DNA of 63,829 nt, the filler included, from Octopus bimaculoides (lineage: Eukaryota): the NCBI RefSeq assembly GCF_001194135.2. It is 5 parts of 4 records of this genome, joined end to end, with 100 filler letters (N's around TTAATTAATTAA, not from the genome) between each part and the next. Parts side by side here need not be neighbours in the genome. Positions count along the whole stretch, not along the records: positions 20,963 to 30,126 come from NC_069007.1; positions 30,227 to 40,408 come from NC_068991.1; 3 more parts are not named here. One strand, written 5' to 3'. This document shows, piece by piece, positions 27,069-39,540 of this stretch (its first letter is position 1; every line of letters starts with the position of its first letter). Below the pieces are notes generated by a model that searched no databases, was not told the origin of the DNA, and saw nothing but the letters and a program-made list of their open reading frames with translations. A program made the position numbers and the translations under genes.

Positions 27069-28513
27069 CCTTGTATATTCTTTTCTACTCTAAGCAGGAG
27101 ACCCGAAATTTCTGGGGAGGGGGCCAGTTGATTAGATCAACCCCAATACGCAACTAGTGCTTAATTTATTGATCCCCAAAAGGATNNNNNNNNNNNNNNN
27201 NNNNNNNNNNNNNNNNNNNNNNNNNNNNNNNNNNNNNNNNNNNNNNNNNNNNNNNNNNNNNNNNNNNNNNNNNNNNNNNNNNNNNNNNNNNNNNNNNNNN
27301 NNNNNNNNNNNNNNNNNNNNNNNNNNNNNNNNNNNNNNNNNNNNNNNNNNNNNNNNNNNNNNNNNNNNNNNNNNNNNNNNNNNNNNNNNNNNNNNNNNNN
27401 NNNNNNNNNNNNNNNNNNNNNNNNNNNNNNNNNNNNNNNNNNNNNNNNNNNNNNNNNNNNNNNNNNNNNNNNNNNNNNNNNNNNNNNNNNNNNNNNNNNN
27501 NNNNNNNNNNNNNNNNNNNNNNNNNNNNNNNNNNNNNNNNNNNNNNNNNNNNNNNNNNNNNNNNNNNNNNNNNNNNNNNNNNNNNNNNNNNNNNNNNNNN
27601 NNNNNNNNNNNNNNNNNNNNNNNNNNNNNNNNNNNNNNNNNNNNNNNNNNNNNNNNNNNNNNNNNNNNNNNNNNNNNNNNNNNNNNNNNNNNNNNNNNNN
27701 NNNNNNNNNNNNNNNNNNNNNNNNNNNNNNNNNNNNNNNNNNNNNNNNNNNNNNNNNNNNNNNNNNNNNNNNNNNNNNNNNNAATTTAATGGTTTCATTT
27801 CAATGAGGGAGGCCTCTATATGATCCCTTGACCTGTTAGAAATAACAGCTAAATTTAACATGAGTAACGCTTTGCTGTTTTTCCCGTGTGTATAACACAA
27901 ATTTGGAAAAGTTTTCGGAAAATTCCAAAAGAAGAAGAAAAAGCTATGAGGGGTTATATGGGTTGCTTAAACCAGAATTCCGCCACTGACCCTAGTATTA
28001 ACTGGTATTTGACCGACTAAATTGTTTAAAAAGTACAATAAGAGGGAAAGCTAACCTTGGCGGGATTTGAACTCGCAGTAATAAATGAAAAAAAAAAAAA
28101 AAATGGAAGATAACTACAATGCATGTTTTCCAACGCTTTAACAATTTTACTAAGCTATGACATTACAGAACACACACAACAACAACAACAACTTCTGCCA
28201 CTGTTACATTCCATAAAAGATCAACAATTACGAGTTTATATCAACAAGCAATTAGTCAAGGCGTCATCCTACAACCTGCCCTTTTTATTGACAACATTAC
28301 AGTATTTGGGTCTTTATCAAGTTGGCATTTGTTGTTCCTTGTGCTTTTCATGTTTTTTTCTTTTTTTCCATTTGTATAATCATTCTACTCATCCATCTCA
28401 TCTTCCCCATCATCATCATAATTTAACCATTGTACATTATCCTTCCTTCAACAAATCCATCCGGAGACCTTCTCAGAATCTTGTCCACAGAACGCCACAG
28501 ATACTTGCTTCTC

Positions 28514-28547
<34 letters not shown>

Positions 28548-28928
28548 CACACACACACACAGAGCAATCCCTCGATTATCGTGGGTGTTATGTTCCAAAA
28601 CCTCCCACAGAAATAATCAAAATCTACAAAAATATAAAAACCTATCAGCCTCAGAAATCCCGCGATATAAATTTACATATATTAGCCGGAAAAATCCGCG
28701 TTGTACTNNNNNNNNNNNNNNNNNNNNNNNNNNNNNNNNNNNNNNNNNNNNNNNNNNNNNNNNNNNNNNNNNNNNNNNNNNNNNNNNNNNNNNNNNNNNN
28801 NNNNNNNNNNNNNNNNNNNNNNNNNNNNNNNNNNNNNNNNNNNNNNNNNNNNNNNNNNNNNNNNNNNNNNNNNNNNNNNNNNNNNNNNNNNNNNNNNNNN
28901 NNNNNNNNNNNNNNNNNNNNNNNNNNNN

Positions 28929-28984
<56 letters not shown>

Positions 28985-28999
28985 AATGGAATGGAAATC

Positions 29000-29270
29000 C
29001 TCTTAGCCCCTTGTGGAGCCGGTTTCCTGGTTTCCATGGCGTATGTGTTCCCCCCTAGCTGGACGGGACGCCAGTCCATCGCAGCTTTTTACTCAAGAAA
29101 CAGGAAGAAAGAGTGAGACAAAGTTGGGACGAAAGAGTACAACAGGGGTCGCCATCACCCCCTGCCAGAGCTTCGTGGAGCTTTAGGTGTTTTGGCTCAA
29201 TAAAGTCACACAACGCCCGGTCTGGAAATCGAAATCGCTGCCCTAACCACTGGGCCATTGCGCCTCTACA
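29000..29270 (-). mobile_element. tRNA-derived SINE, same family as 26075-26383
   Basis: Reverse complement aligns over most of its length, with a short deletion in the head. Confidence 0.8.
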
Positions 29271-29909
29271 TACATATATATATAATTAGTGGTTATGTTA
29301 ACCTCATGAAGGGATGGTTGCATTCAAGGAGATATTGGTTCAATACCTAGTATTGTGGGTGAATTAAATTCCCTTAAAACAATAGGTATGTATTAAGCAT
29401 ATAGTCTGCTGAAATGAATTGACAGGTACGCACATAAGATCCCAAGGTACATCTTTTGTTTCTTTGATGAAATTATGCTCATGTCATATAACTGTAAATG
29501 TAATGTACAAATTTGTAATTAAACTGAGTATTAATTGAAACGGCTGTAAGAAGCAAAGATGGCCAATTTGTTAATAATGAATAATTGTTAACTTCCTTAT
29601 CTCCATTTTCTTTTCTTCTAACTATATATATATATGCCACCTACACTTTTTTATCTATCTATATCTATATATATATATATATACTATTCACGCACACAAG
29701 CCTATAACAATATGTGCGTAGTCTATACAACTATACAAACACGCATATAAACACACACGTAATGACATAATGAGCACCAAAGACAAATACAAACATACAA
29801 ACACACACCTAAATTGTTCAGAGTAATTAAACAAATTGATATATGTACACTCACATAGGCATACGCTGACACCCTTAGCAAACACGCATATGAGTATTGG
29901 GAAGGGTGT

Positions 29910-29997
<88 letters not shown>

Positions 29998-30126
29998 AAT
30001 ATATATGTGGACTCTATCCATAAAATTCTTCAACCTTACCTTTGCTCTCTTTATCCTTTTGTTTTTATATATTTACATATACACACGCTAATATACCATT
30101 TATAATACCCAATCCTGTTCATACAA

Positions 30127-30226
30127 NNNNNNNNNNNNNNNNNNNNNNNNNNNNNNNNNNNNNNNNNNNNTTAATTAATTAANNNNNNNNNNNNNNNNNN
30201 NNNNNNNNNNNNNNNNNNNNNNNNNN
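30127..30226. other. Artificial 100-bp assembly linker
   Basis: 44 N + TTAATTAATTAA + 44 N. Confidence 0.95.
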
Positions 30227-30462
30227 GGCACATAAAAGACACCATTTCGAGCGTGGCCGTTTTCGTGCGGGTGACACGTAGAAGCACCCACTACACTCTC
30301 TGAGTGGTTGGCGTTAGGAAGGGCATCCAGCTGTAGAAACTCTGCCAAATTAGACTGGAGCCTGGTGTTGCCATCCGGTTTCACCAGTCCTCAGTCAAAT
30401 CGTGCAACCCATGCTAGCATGGAAAGCGGACGTTAAACGATGATGATGATGATGATGATGAT
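30227..30462 (+). mobile_element. RTE-type 3' end, young copy
   Basis: Near-identical to 1-170; (GAT)n tail; begins at the segment edge. Confidence 0.8.
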
Positions 30463-30996
30463 ATTAGTTTCAAATTTTGACACAAAATCAGCAAGTTCAG
30501 GGGAGAGGATAAGTCGATTATATCGACCCCAGTGCTTCACTGATACTTATTTCATCTGAAAGGATGAAAGGCAAAGTCAACCATGGTGAAATTTGAACTC
30601 TGAACATAAAGACAGATGAAATGCTGCTAAGCATTTTGCCCAGTGTGCTAATGATTCTGGCAGTTCATCGCCTTCTTTGATGAAATATTAACTCCAATAG
30701 AAAAGTCCTTTAGATAAAACCAAACTGCTTTCTGTCTCCTCATTTAACTTTTTCTAATGAATTGTAGTGCACCTGAGTACTGTATACAATAAGCTCATTA
30801 TGATGTTACTTAAAGGTTTAGATGTCAAATACAGCTAAGATAAAAGTAAGAATGGGGTATCTGGAGATAACCAGATAGTAATGATCAAAATGTTATATGA
30901 AATTCAAAATTATAAAAGATGAAATTAATAGCCTGGAAAATTTAAACGATTATCATCTTAAACAATTTGAAATATTTGAATATAATTTTTTTCCAG

Positions 30997-31122
30997 TTCC
31001 TTTATGCTTTTCACATTGAGCCTCTTATAAATATGGACAACATAGAATTAATAAAACAACCTGAAGATGCCACTGAATGTCCTTACCAGTTGTCTCAGTT
31101 ACAGGATAGCAGAGTAAAAGAT
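30997..31122 (+). CDS. CWF19L1: CWF19-like protein 1, internal exon (first visible)
   Basis: ttccag acceptor and gtaagt donor; 126 nt, phase 0-0; [42 protein letters not shown] resembles the vertebrate [30 protein letters not shown] segment as I recall it. Confidence 0.9.
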
Positions 31123-31262
31123 GTAAGTGGTTAATGTTTTACTTTCAGATCTAACTGCTGTTGTTTATTTTGTAATTTTGTTGAGAGAGAGGTGGGAGGG
31201 AGGGAGTGAGTGAGAGAGAGAGTGAGNNNNNNNNNNNNNNNNNNNNNNNNNNNNNNNNNNNN

Positions 31263-31303
<41 letters not shown>

Positions 31304-32151
31304 ACAATTGCTATCATTCAGATATAAAAAACAATTGTTTCAATTTCATGCAAATATCCAAATTACCAAAGAGTTTACCAACTGTGTTAAATGGATAAAA
31401 TAGTTAAATAGTATTTAAGAAAAAAAGTCAAGTTCTGTGAACAATGTAAATGTTTCAAAAAGTTTTTGAGTTATGCTGGTGAGCAGTTAGGCAAAAATAT
31501 ATACAGTAATGTCATAGAAGAAAACAAAGATAAAAGATATTGTATTACCTTACATAAGTTGTTAAGTGATCCTGTAATATTTCAGAGAAGATTTCCCTTT
31601 TAAAACAGAAGAAAGAAAATAAGTTCAGAGAAATGTTTTGTTACCAGTAGGCCATTCTACTTCTGTAGTTTGTAGATCTTTTTAACAGTAGAATATAAGT
31701 ATTGATATAGTGTAACATAGCAGAAGGTTAGCATAAGTTTAATTTCATATAATATCTGGACACTTGTGTAGTTTAACATAATATATAATCATTGATATTA
31801 TAGTACATAGACACAGTTGTAAGTCAACAAGTGTATATTTGCAGTACTGCAACTTATTATTTTACATAGACATTAATATAAATGTCATTTAACTACTTAA
31901 GAATGATTATTTCATTGCTGTAAATAGCACGAGTACAAACAATGTACTTGGTTGGTTAGTTTACAATACTGAGTTTGAATCTTCCTGCATGTTTGAAAAA
32001 CGCAAATCAACTCCATTGCATTGCTATACAAAAATGAAATTTTCAATGGAATTTCAGTGGTCAAGTGGTTTACAGAGGCTACAACACAGTTGGTTAGTCT
32101 AGTTCTATAGCAAGTAGATATCAGTGCTTGATACTGTTTTTTCTTTTCTAG

Positions 32152-32251
32152 GAAGGTCAACAATTCTTTTTTGATATGAAGGCTCCATTAGCAAAAGGAC
32201 AGAAAAGATCTAAGGATGATGAAGACAAACAGAAGAAAAAGCATAAACCAG
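32152..32251 (+). CDS. CWF19L1: CWF19L1 internal exon (basic linker)
   Basis: ttttctag acceptor, gtatat donor; 100 nt; EGQQFFFDMKAPLAKGQKRSKDDEDKQKKKHKP; QFFFD motif; ends in phase 1, matching the next exon. Confidence 0.88.
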
Positions 32252-33600
32252 GTATATATCTTCATCATGATTATCATTCTTTAATACTGTCTTCTGTGCT
32301 GGCATGAATTGGATGGTTTGACAGTATCTGATGAGCCAGAAGATTGCATCAAGCTCCAATGTTTGCTTTGGTATGGAATCTCTGGCTGGATGTCCTTCTT
32401 AATACCAACTACTTCACAGAGTGTACTGATGCTTTCTTGTTGAACTGGCACTAGTGAAGTCACCAAGTAACTTGCATAACAGATCCCTTCAATTGAGTGG
32501 TGTTATAGTGGAGAGAGAGGTGGCTTTATGCCAGATGTTGAGAAATTTAAAGCATGTTTGAGGGACAGAAACAGGTGTCTTGCTATAGAAATTGATTGAT
32601 TGTTTACACTACTATTACGTTTACATATATTTTTTTCTTTTTGCCCTATTCGTAAACTTAGTATAATAGCATATATATATAACTGTGTATAACAATTATC
32701 AAGTTGTCATCATGATAGATTGGCAGAATCATTAGACCATCAGACAAAATGCTTTGCAGTATTTACTTATGACCATTTATGCTCTGAGTTCAAATCTTAC
32801 TGAGGCCAAATTTGCCTTTCATCTTTCCAGAATTCATAAAATAATGTACCAGTCAAGTACCGGAGTTGATTTAATATTTCTATAAAGCATCCAAGCTGTG
32901 AATGGAATTATAAAAAAGTAAAAGAAATTTAAGATACAAGTATTCAACATACCCTTGTCATTATTCAAACTTTGTCACTGTCCTTACCTACATAACTTAC
33001 CTACATGCTGAACCAATGAAGGTCCTGTTTTCAGTCTCCCATCTTGTTAGAAGCTGGGATACCTTAAATCATAGGACTGCTTGATCAAAGTTGACCTGGC
33101 TTAAATGCCAACATAAAATAGTTCAGGACAAAATAATTATTTTACATTGAATTTCTTTGCAAACTCTTAACATTTGACTAGACACTATATTCCTTCTTTT
33201 TGCAATACAACTGTACTGATTATGGATTTGAACTTCTATTCAGATTTAATTTCTTGTCTGTTCTGTTCATACTATGGAACAAGCCAATGAGGGAGCCTTT
33301 ATTTGGTTGCTGAACCTGATAGAAATGACAGTCAAATCTTTCTCATACCTTGCTGTCTTTGAAAAAGAAGAACACATTAGACAGTATGGTCCTAATTACA
33401 TAAAAAGATTGAAGGACCACTGTTAGTATGCCTTTGTTCACTGTCCTGCTGAACAACTAGGCATGGAATTATTGTTGCACCATGCTTCAATACTTTCACT
33501 TGACTCATAGTATGAAAGTAACAGCATTGATGAAGTTTAATCAAACAAACAAACAAACAAACAAACAAACAACACTAATGTTTCTTATTTGTTATTGCAG

Positions 33601-33680
33601 CACAACCGTCTGGCCCTTGTTGGTTCTGTTTACGTGGAGAAAAAGTGGAGAAACATTTGGTTGTTAGTGTTGGAGAGACA
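33601..33680 (+). CDS. CWF19L1: CWF19L1 exon, start of the CwfJ C-terminal domain
   Basis: ttgcag acceptor, gtgagt donor; 80 nt, phase 1-0; [27 protein letters not shown] contains the GPCWFCL..VEKHLVV signature. Confidence 0.95.
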
Positions 33681-33751
33681 GTGAGTGTATTTCTATTCCT
33701 ACTTATAAATATTTGCATTACACCACACATACACAATTGCATGCGCACATG

Positions 33752-33787
<36 letters not shown>

Positions 33788-34610
33788 ATAATAATATTAG
33801 GGATANNNNNNNNNNNNNNNNNNNNNNNNNNNNNNNNNNNNNNNNNNNNNNNNNNNNNNNNNNNNNNNNNNNNNNNNNNNNNNNNNNNNNNNNNNNNNNN
33901 NNNNNNNNNNNNNNNNNNNNNNNNNNNNNNNNNNNNNNNNNNNNNNNNNNNNNNNNATGACAGACTTCTTTCAGTTTCCACATACCAAAATCACTCATAA
34001 AGCTTTGATCAGCCTGGGGCTTTAGTAGAAGAAACTTACCCAAGGTGGCATACAATGGGACTGAACCTGGAATCATGTAGTTCCAAAACAAACTTCTTAA
34101 CCATGCAATTGTGCCCTATAACTAATCAGAATGTACTAATTGTAGAATTCTCAGTGAATTGTTGGACAAAATACTCTCAATATTTGTTTCAACTCTGTGC
34201 TTTATGGTCAAAATCCTGCTGAAGTCAACTTAGCCTTTTATCCTTTTGTGGTCGATAAAAATATGCCAATCCAGGGTAGTGAATTGACAGAATTTGTTAG
34301 AGCGTCAGATGGAACACCTTATAGTATCTGTTCTGGCTCTATACATTCTGAGTTCAAATCCTGCTCAATCCCTGGGAAAAGGCAACATTTCTTTTAGGAG
34401 TTGCAGCTTTGTAGCTAACAGATAAAATCTGCTAGTTTGAAAGTCCAATGGAAAGCTTAGTTTCCTTGGTTCAGTTGGAAGATTCACTATCAGTGCTATC
34501 ACTGCTGCTGCAGCCGTCACTGCCATCAGCAGCAGCAGTAGTAGCAGCACCAGCACCAGCACCGCTGCCACCACCACCACCACCACCACCACCACCACCA
34601 CCACCATTTA

Positions 34611-35711
34611 TGAGGGATGTTCATTAAAAATTTCCCCTGACCCACTTCCCAAGGACTGAAATAAACGAAACTTGGGCATAATTATTAGTCCTTCTCTAAA
34701 TAGCCACCACCAATGGTAATACACTTTTTCCATCACTTTATGCAGCTGTGAAGACTTCATCTATAGAAGTTGGTATGTTGCATCTAGAGCCAAGACTTTA
34801 CCTTGGAAATAAGTTCATCATCTGAAAAGTGCTTCCCCTTCAAAAAAGACTTCATGGTTGGAAAGAGATGGAAGTCAGATGGTGCGAGGTTGGGAGAGTG
34901 AAGGGGATGAGGAAAGATTTCATAGTCACAGAAATGTGTTTTCATCTGGGCAACATGCGCATTGTGAACTGGGGTGTTGTCTTGGAGGAGACGAACTCCT
35001 TTGGTCAGCGTGCCAAGTCTCTGCTTTGATGGTGTACTGCAACTTCTGCAGCAGAGAAGCATAATATGCCCCATTAATTATGGTGCCCTTTGCCAGAAAA
35101 TCCATCATCGCTACTCCATGCTGGTTGGACACGAGCCTTCTTTGAGCCTGGGAGCCATTGACTAGTTCCTGCTTCTGAAAAGGTGTGAGTATCTGGGGAA
35201 TCCATCATGCAGACAACTTCCGCATGTGCAAATGGTCGTGAATGATTTTTCTCCATGGACCCTACACTTATCTTCACTTCTTGGTTTAGTTGCTGAATAG
35301 TTATGTGGTGATCCTCCAAAATGGTGGCTTCCACTTTATGGACGGTGTCATCATCAATGGCAGAATGAAGTTGTCCAGGAATAGGAGCAGTTTCCACTAA
35401 AGTCTGACCACATTTGAACTGGCGATGCCAGTGTTTGGCTATGTTGTAGGTTTGTGCATCGTCTTTCATCTCATTGAAAGTCTCTTTTGTGTATGACCTT
35501 TCAAATAGAACCTGATCACTGATCTGCATACACCTGCTTCCATTATAACACCTTAGTCCACTTTAGCAGCCGTAAAAGACAAACGAATACTAGTGAAAAG
35601 CTGCAATTTACAATGTGACATGTAGAGACATGTATGATTATACCTGTACAAGTTCTATTTCTTGCAATAACCAGAAATGGGTCAGGGAAAATCTTTAATG
35701 AACACCCCTTG
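34611..35711 (-). mobile_element. Mariner (DD34D) element, internally deleted pseudogene, inside a CWF19L1 intron
   Basis: TIRs of about 35 bp (tgagggatgttcattaaaaatttcccctgaccca; right-end reverse complement caaggggtgttcattaaagattttccctgaccca), TA flanks; LQDNTPVH...SPNLAPSDFHLF with 34 residues between the Asp residues; frameshifts. Confidence 0.92.
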
Positions 35712-36524
35712 TATAGTGGTGAGAAATCAAAATGACAGAATGACTAAAAGTATTGAACTTTCAGGTCTTACATTATAATTGTTTCAGTCATTTTATTCTA
35801 TTCCTAGATGGGACATATTTATGCATCTCAGTTCACTTATCTGTAAAGAATAAAAACTAATGATGAAGTGATGATGACTTGTACTATACTGTCTAGACAC
35901 AGCCTCTCTGTCTCTCTTGTTTACTTAATGCTGTCAAATCTGGAGCTAATGTCTTAATGGCATTAATACTCATTCTGTTTATAATTATTTCAGAAGTGCT
36001 GGTGCTATGTAAAATGTATCCAGTCTGCATTGTAAAGTGGTTGGTGTTTTGAAGGGCATCCAGCTGTAAAAAAAAACATGTTAAAACTAACCTCACCTGT
36101 GCTGGTGCCATGTATAAAGCACTCAGTCCACTCTGTGGAGTGGTTGGTGTTAGGAAGGGCATCCAGCCATAAAAACCATGCCAAAACAGACAGCAAAGCA
36201 TGGTGCAGTCTTCTGCCTAGCCAGCTCCTGTCAAACTGTCCAACCCATGCCAGCATGGAAAATGGACGTTAAATGATGATGATGATGGTCATTACATGTT
36301 TGAATTTCTAAGCTGTGTTATTATGATAATAAATTGAATTTCATAAAACTCATTCACATTATTTCAGAAGTTGATCAGGCTGCTTATGTCCTTGAGGAAT
36401 TAGAGTATGTTATAGCATTGTGAATCGGTACCAATGATGCAAAAAACTTGCTTTCTAAATATTTGAGGTTTTAAGTCTTTCTCGCAGAAGTTAGTCAGGG
36501 AGATTTATAATAGCAGATTTATGG

Positions 36525-36957
36525 AGGATCAACAGCTTCTATAGAAGAACCCTGAGAACCATTGAGAACATCAGATGAAACCATCATGTTTTCAACAAAA
36601 AACTGTGAGCAATGACGCATCAGTTCACAGCCTTTCACCTCATAGCTATCTGTTGCATGTGCTGGTACAGACATATCCTTTATCTCCTGCCGGATCATCC
36701 TACCAGGGTTTTACTCTCATTTGATGCAAGAGCTGTGGACTGGAAGAGGCCTGGTGGCAGGCCCATCATCAGATGGCTGGATATGTGATTGGGGAAGATT
36801 TCCAGAGGCTCAATGTCACTTTGGAGGATGCAAAGGAGCTGGCATAGGACTGCCAGCGATGGAGAGTGCCAGTGGATCTGGTCACTTCGACACATGATGA
36901 CATATCTGGAACCGCTAGCATGGGATGATCCCAGCCTCATCAAGTGAAGATTTATGG
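36525..36957 (+). mobile_element. RTE-clade LINE ORF2 C-terminal relic
   Basis: One frame with stops: RINSFYRRTLRTIENIR*NHHVFN...CWYRHIL...WKRPGGRPIIRWLD. Confidence 0.75.
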
Positions 36958-37034
36958 AGAGTTTACAATTGTTTATGATTTACAGAGTTTTCTAGGACAT
37001 ATAGTGGCCTGTAAATAGTACCATTTGAGCATAA

Positions 37035-37375
37035 TCGTTACCAGAGTCACCTGCTAGCACTTGTGGTGGTGGCATGTTAGAAAATCATTTGAGCGAGGCC
37101 ATTGGCAGTGCCGCTGGACTGGCTCCTGTGCAAGTGGCACATAAAAAACACCATTTTGAGCGTGGCCGTTGCCAGTACTGTGTAACTGGCCTTCGTGCCA
37201 GTGGCACATAAAAGCACCCACTACACTCTCGGAGTGGTTGGCGTTAGGAAGGGTATCCAGCTGTAGAAACTCTGCCAGATCAGCTTGGAGCCTGGTGCAG
37301 CCTTCTGGCTTGCCAGTCCTCAGTCAACTCGTCCAACCCATGCTAGCATGGAAAGCAGAAGTTAAACGATGATAG
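37035..37375 (+). mobile_element. RTE-type 3' UTR with about three tandem 60-65 bp units
   Basis: Repeated tggcacataaaa(a)cacc units, then the aggaaggg motif and ccatgctagcatgg. Confidence 0.75.
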
Positions 37376-37792
37376 CTCAATCTAATTTCAAAAGCATGCT
37401 GACCTCATCTGTTGTGTTTTTATGTTTTACTCTGTTTTAATCATGTCTAATTGTGATTGTCCTTGGTCCCCTTTTATCCCCCCACCCACACACATGCATA
37501 CACGTGTACATTAGTGCATACATATAAACAGCTCACACAGACATGCACACTCAGATATATTTATTTTCTCTATAGACTGGTTCCGAGCTCAGAATCTTAA
37601 ATCAATGTGTCAGTGTTCCTTCCCACTTTACCACTGTGCTGGTGTATTTTCTATTTTGACTTGCATTTAATTTACAATTTAGCTATGTCTGTATTTCATT
37701 TTTTTGAATCAAAATTTTGAAATATTTTCTATGTCAATATCATTTTATTGACTTTGCTGTATTTTATGATCTAACAAATGTTGTTTTTCCAG

Positions 37793-37908
37793 ACATACAT
37801 GGCTTTAGCAAAAGGAGCCATGGTTCCAGATCATGTTCTTATCCTCCCAATTGGTCATTACCAGTCTACTGTGGTGGCTCCAAGTGAAGTTGTGGAAGAA
37901 ATTGAGAA
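37793..37908 (+). CDS. CWF19L1: CWF19L1 exon ending at a U12-type donor
   Basis: ttccag acceptor; [38 protein letters not shown] plus aa; the [12 protein letters not shown] signature; followed by ATATCCTTT. Confidence 0.95.
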
Positions 37909-38298
37909 ATATCCTTTTACCTTTTTATTTACTCACAGCAAGCATCATATTTTCCGGTATACAAGTCAATGTATATAGCGTAAACATGTATAAACATTCA
38001 AACATTGACACTATCTTTCCAAATCCTGCTGCACTTTTCATGGAATTTTTAGTGCTCCAAAGTTGTCTTGGTATATAAGTTCATCTACCTTTTTTAACTG
38101 TAAATTTTGGTCTGAAAGATTCGTCTTGTATGCTTGAAAGTATAGTGTCAGGCATTGACTATGTTTATAAATAGCTTATACAAATTACACAACACGTTTA
38201 AAAGATAATTCAATCTGTTTTTACCTCAATACACACTCTCTCTCTCTTTCACACACACACAATATATTTATATCTATTTAGCCTTAACAATGCGCCAA
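37909..38298 (+). other. U12-type (minor spliceosome) intron with AT-AA termini
   Basis: 5' end ATATCCTTTT; branch-like CCTTAAC at 38282-38288, 11 nt from the branch A to the 3' end; ends ...gcgccAA; only this junction restores EK-YK in frame. Confidence 0.85.
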
Positions 38299-38392
38299 AT
38301 ATAAGTCCAATTTAAGAAAATATTTCAAGTGTTTGGGGAAAGTTGTAGTTTTCTTTGAACGAAATTACAAGACATCACATCTTCAGATACAG
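38299..38392 (+). CDS. CWF19L1: CWF19L1 exon after the U12 intron
   Basis: 94 nt, phase 2-0; [31 protein letters not shown] (FERNYK..HLQ motif); gtaaga donor. Confidence 0.93.
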
Positions 38393-39013
38393 GTAAGAAA
38401 AGTTTATATCTCTATACCTCTGTTTGTCTGTTGTTTCTCTCCCTTCCTCTCTCTCTCTCTCTCTCTCTCTCTGACTGGGTGCAGGCATGGCTGTGTGGTT
38501 GAGAAGTTTGTTTTTCAACCACATGGTTTTGGGTTTGGTCTCAGATGCATGGGTTAGTGGTTAGGGTGATCATAAGATCACGAGTTCAAAAACAGGCGAC
38601 ATGTTGTGTCTTTGAGCGAGTCATTTTATTTCACATTGTTCCAGTCCACTCATCTGGCCAAAATGAGTAGTATTGTAAGTCAAAGGGCCAGCCTTGTCAC
38701 ATTCTGAGTCACACTGAATCACCCTGGGAACTGTGTTAAAGGTGTATGTGTCTGAAGAGTGCTCAGCCACATGCACATTAATTTCATGAGCAGGCTGGTC
38801 TGTTGATTGGATCAACTGGAACCTCCAGTTGCTTAAATAATAATAAATTGATGATCTACTTTTGTTTAGCCTATTGTTTGGCCTATTGTTTAGTCTGTTC
38901 TTTAGTATATTGTTTTGCTGATTTTTAGCCTATTGTTTCTAAGGTAAGAATATTACTTGTGCTATGTTGCTATGTCTATTTGTCTTCAATGTTTCTACAT
39001 GTTCTTTCCCTAG

Positions 39014-39127
39014 GCCATTCCCGTCCCTGCAAATCTTGCATGTAATATTACCGACACATTTACAGAGTTTGCAGTTGAGGAGTCCATTGATCTGAATGAA
39101 ATACCAAAGCATTCTGATTTAAAGCAG
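39014..39127 (+). CDS. CWF19L1: CWF19L1 exon (last visible; C-terminal exons absent)
   Basis: ccctag acceptor, gtaaga donor; 114 nt; AIPVPANLACNITDTFTEFAVEESIDLNEIPKHSDLKQ. Confidence 0.92.
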
Positions 39128-39289
39128 GTAAGAATGGAAATATCTAATAAAGTGGTTCAGAGAAAGCCATTGGTGAATTGATAGGCTGTTGCTATACAAA
39201 CAGGAGGGATGGTGGCTTGTATCTTAAAGATACTTAACATTCAATAATCCACTTGTTTATGTAGGATACAGTAAAAGTAAAAAGGTAAA

Positions 39290-39540
39290 GTCACCTTCTT
39301 GAGTCACACTGGCTCATAAGGGCCAGTTTCCCGGTTTCATGGTGTATATATTCCCCATCTGGATGGGATGCCAGTCCATCGCTGGATTACTCATTTTTGC
39401 CAGCTGAGTGGACTGGAGCAATGTGAAATGAAGGTGTTTTGCTCAAGAATACAACGCGTCGCTCGGTCCAGGAATTGAAACCACAATCTTATTGTCATGA
39501 ATCCAACACCCTAACCACTAAACCACGTGCCTCCACTGGA
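39290..39540 (-). mobile_element. CORE-like tRNA SINE
   Basis: gagtggactggagcaatgtgaaatgaag...caagaatacaacgcg...ccctaaccactaaaccacgtgcctcc. Confidence 0.75.

Noticed and set aside
37035-37220. Repeat-spacer-like pattern of ggcacgtaaaagcacc
   Set aside because: The intervening segments are homologous to each other and the block recurs as part of a dispersed retroelement 3' UTR.
31123-39013. Intronic snoRNA (human CWF19L1 hosts SNORA12, as I recall)
   Set aside because: No convincing H/ACA double hairpin or C/D box pair was visible by eye; an Infernal/Rfam scan is needed to exclude it.
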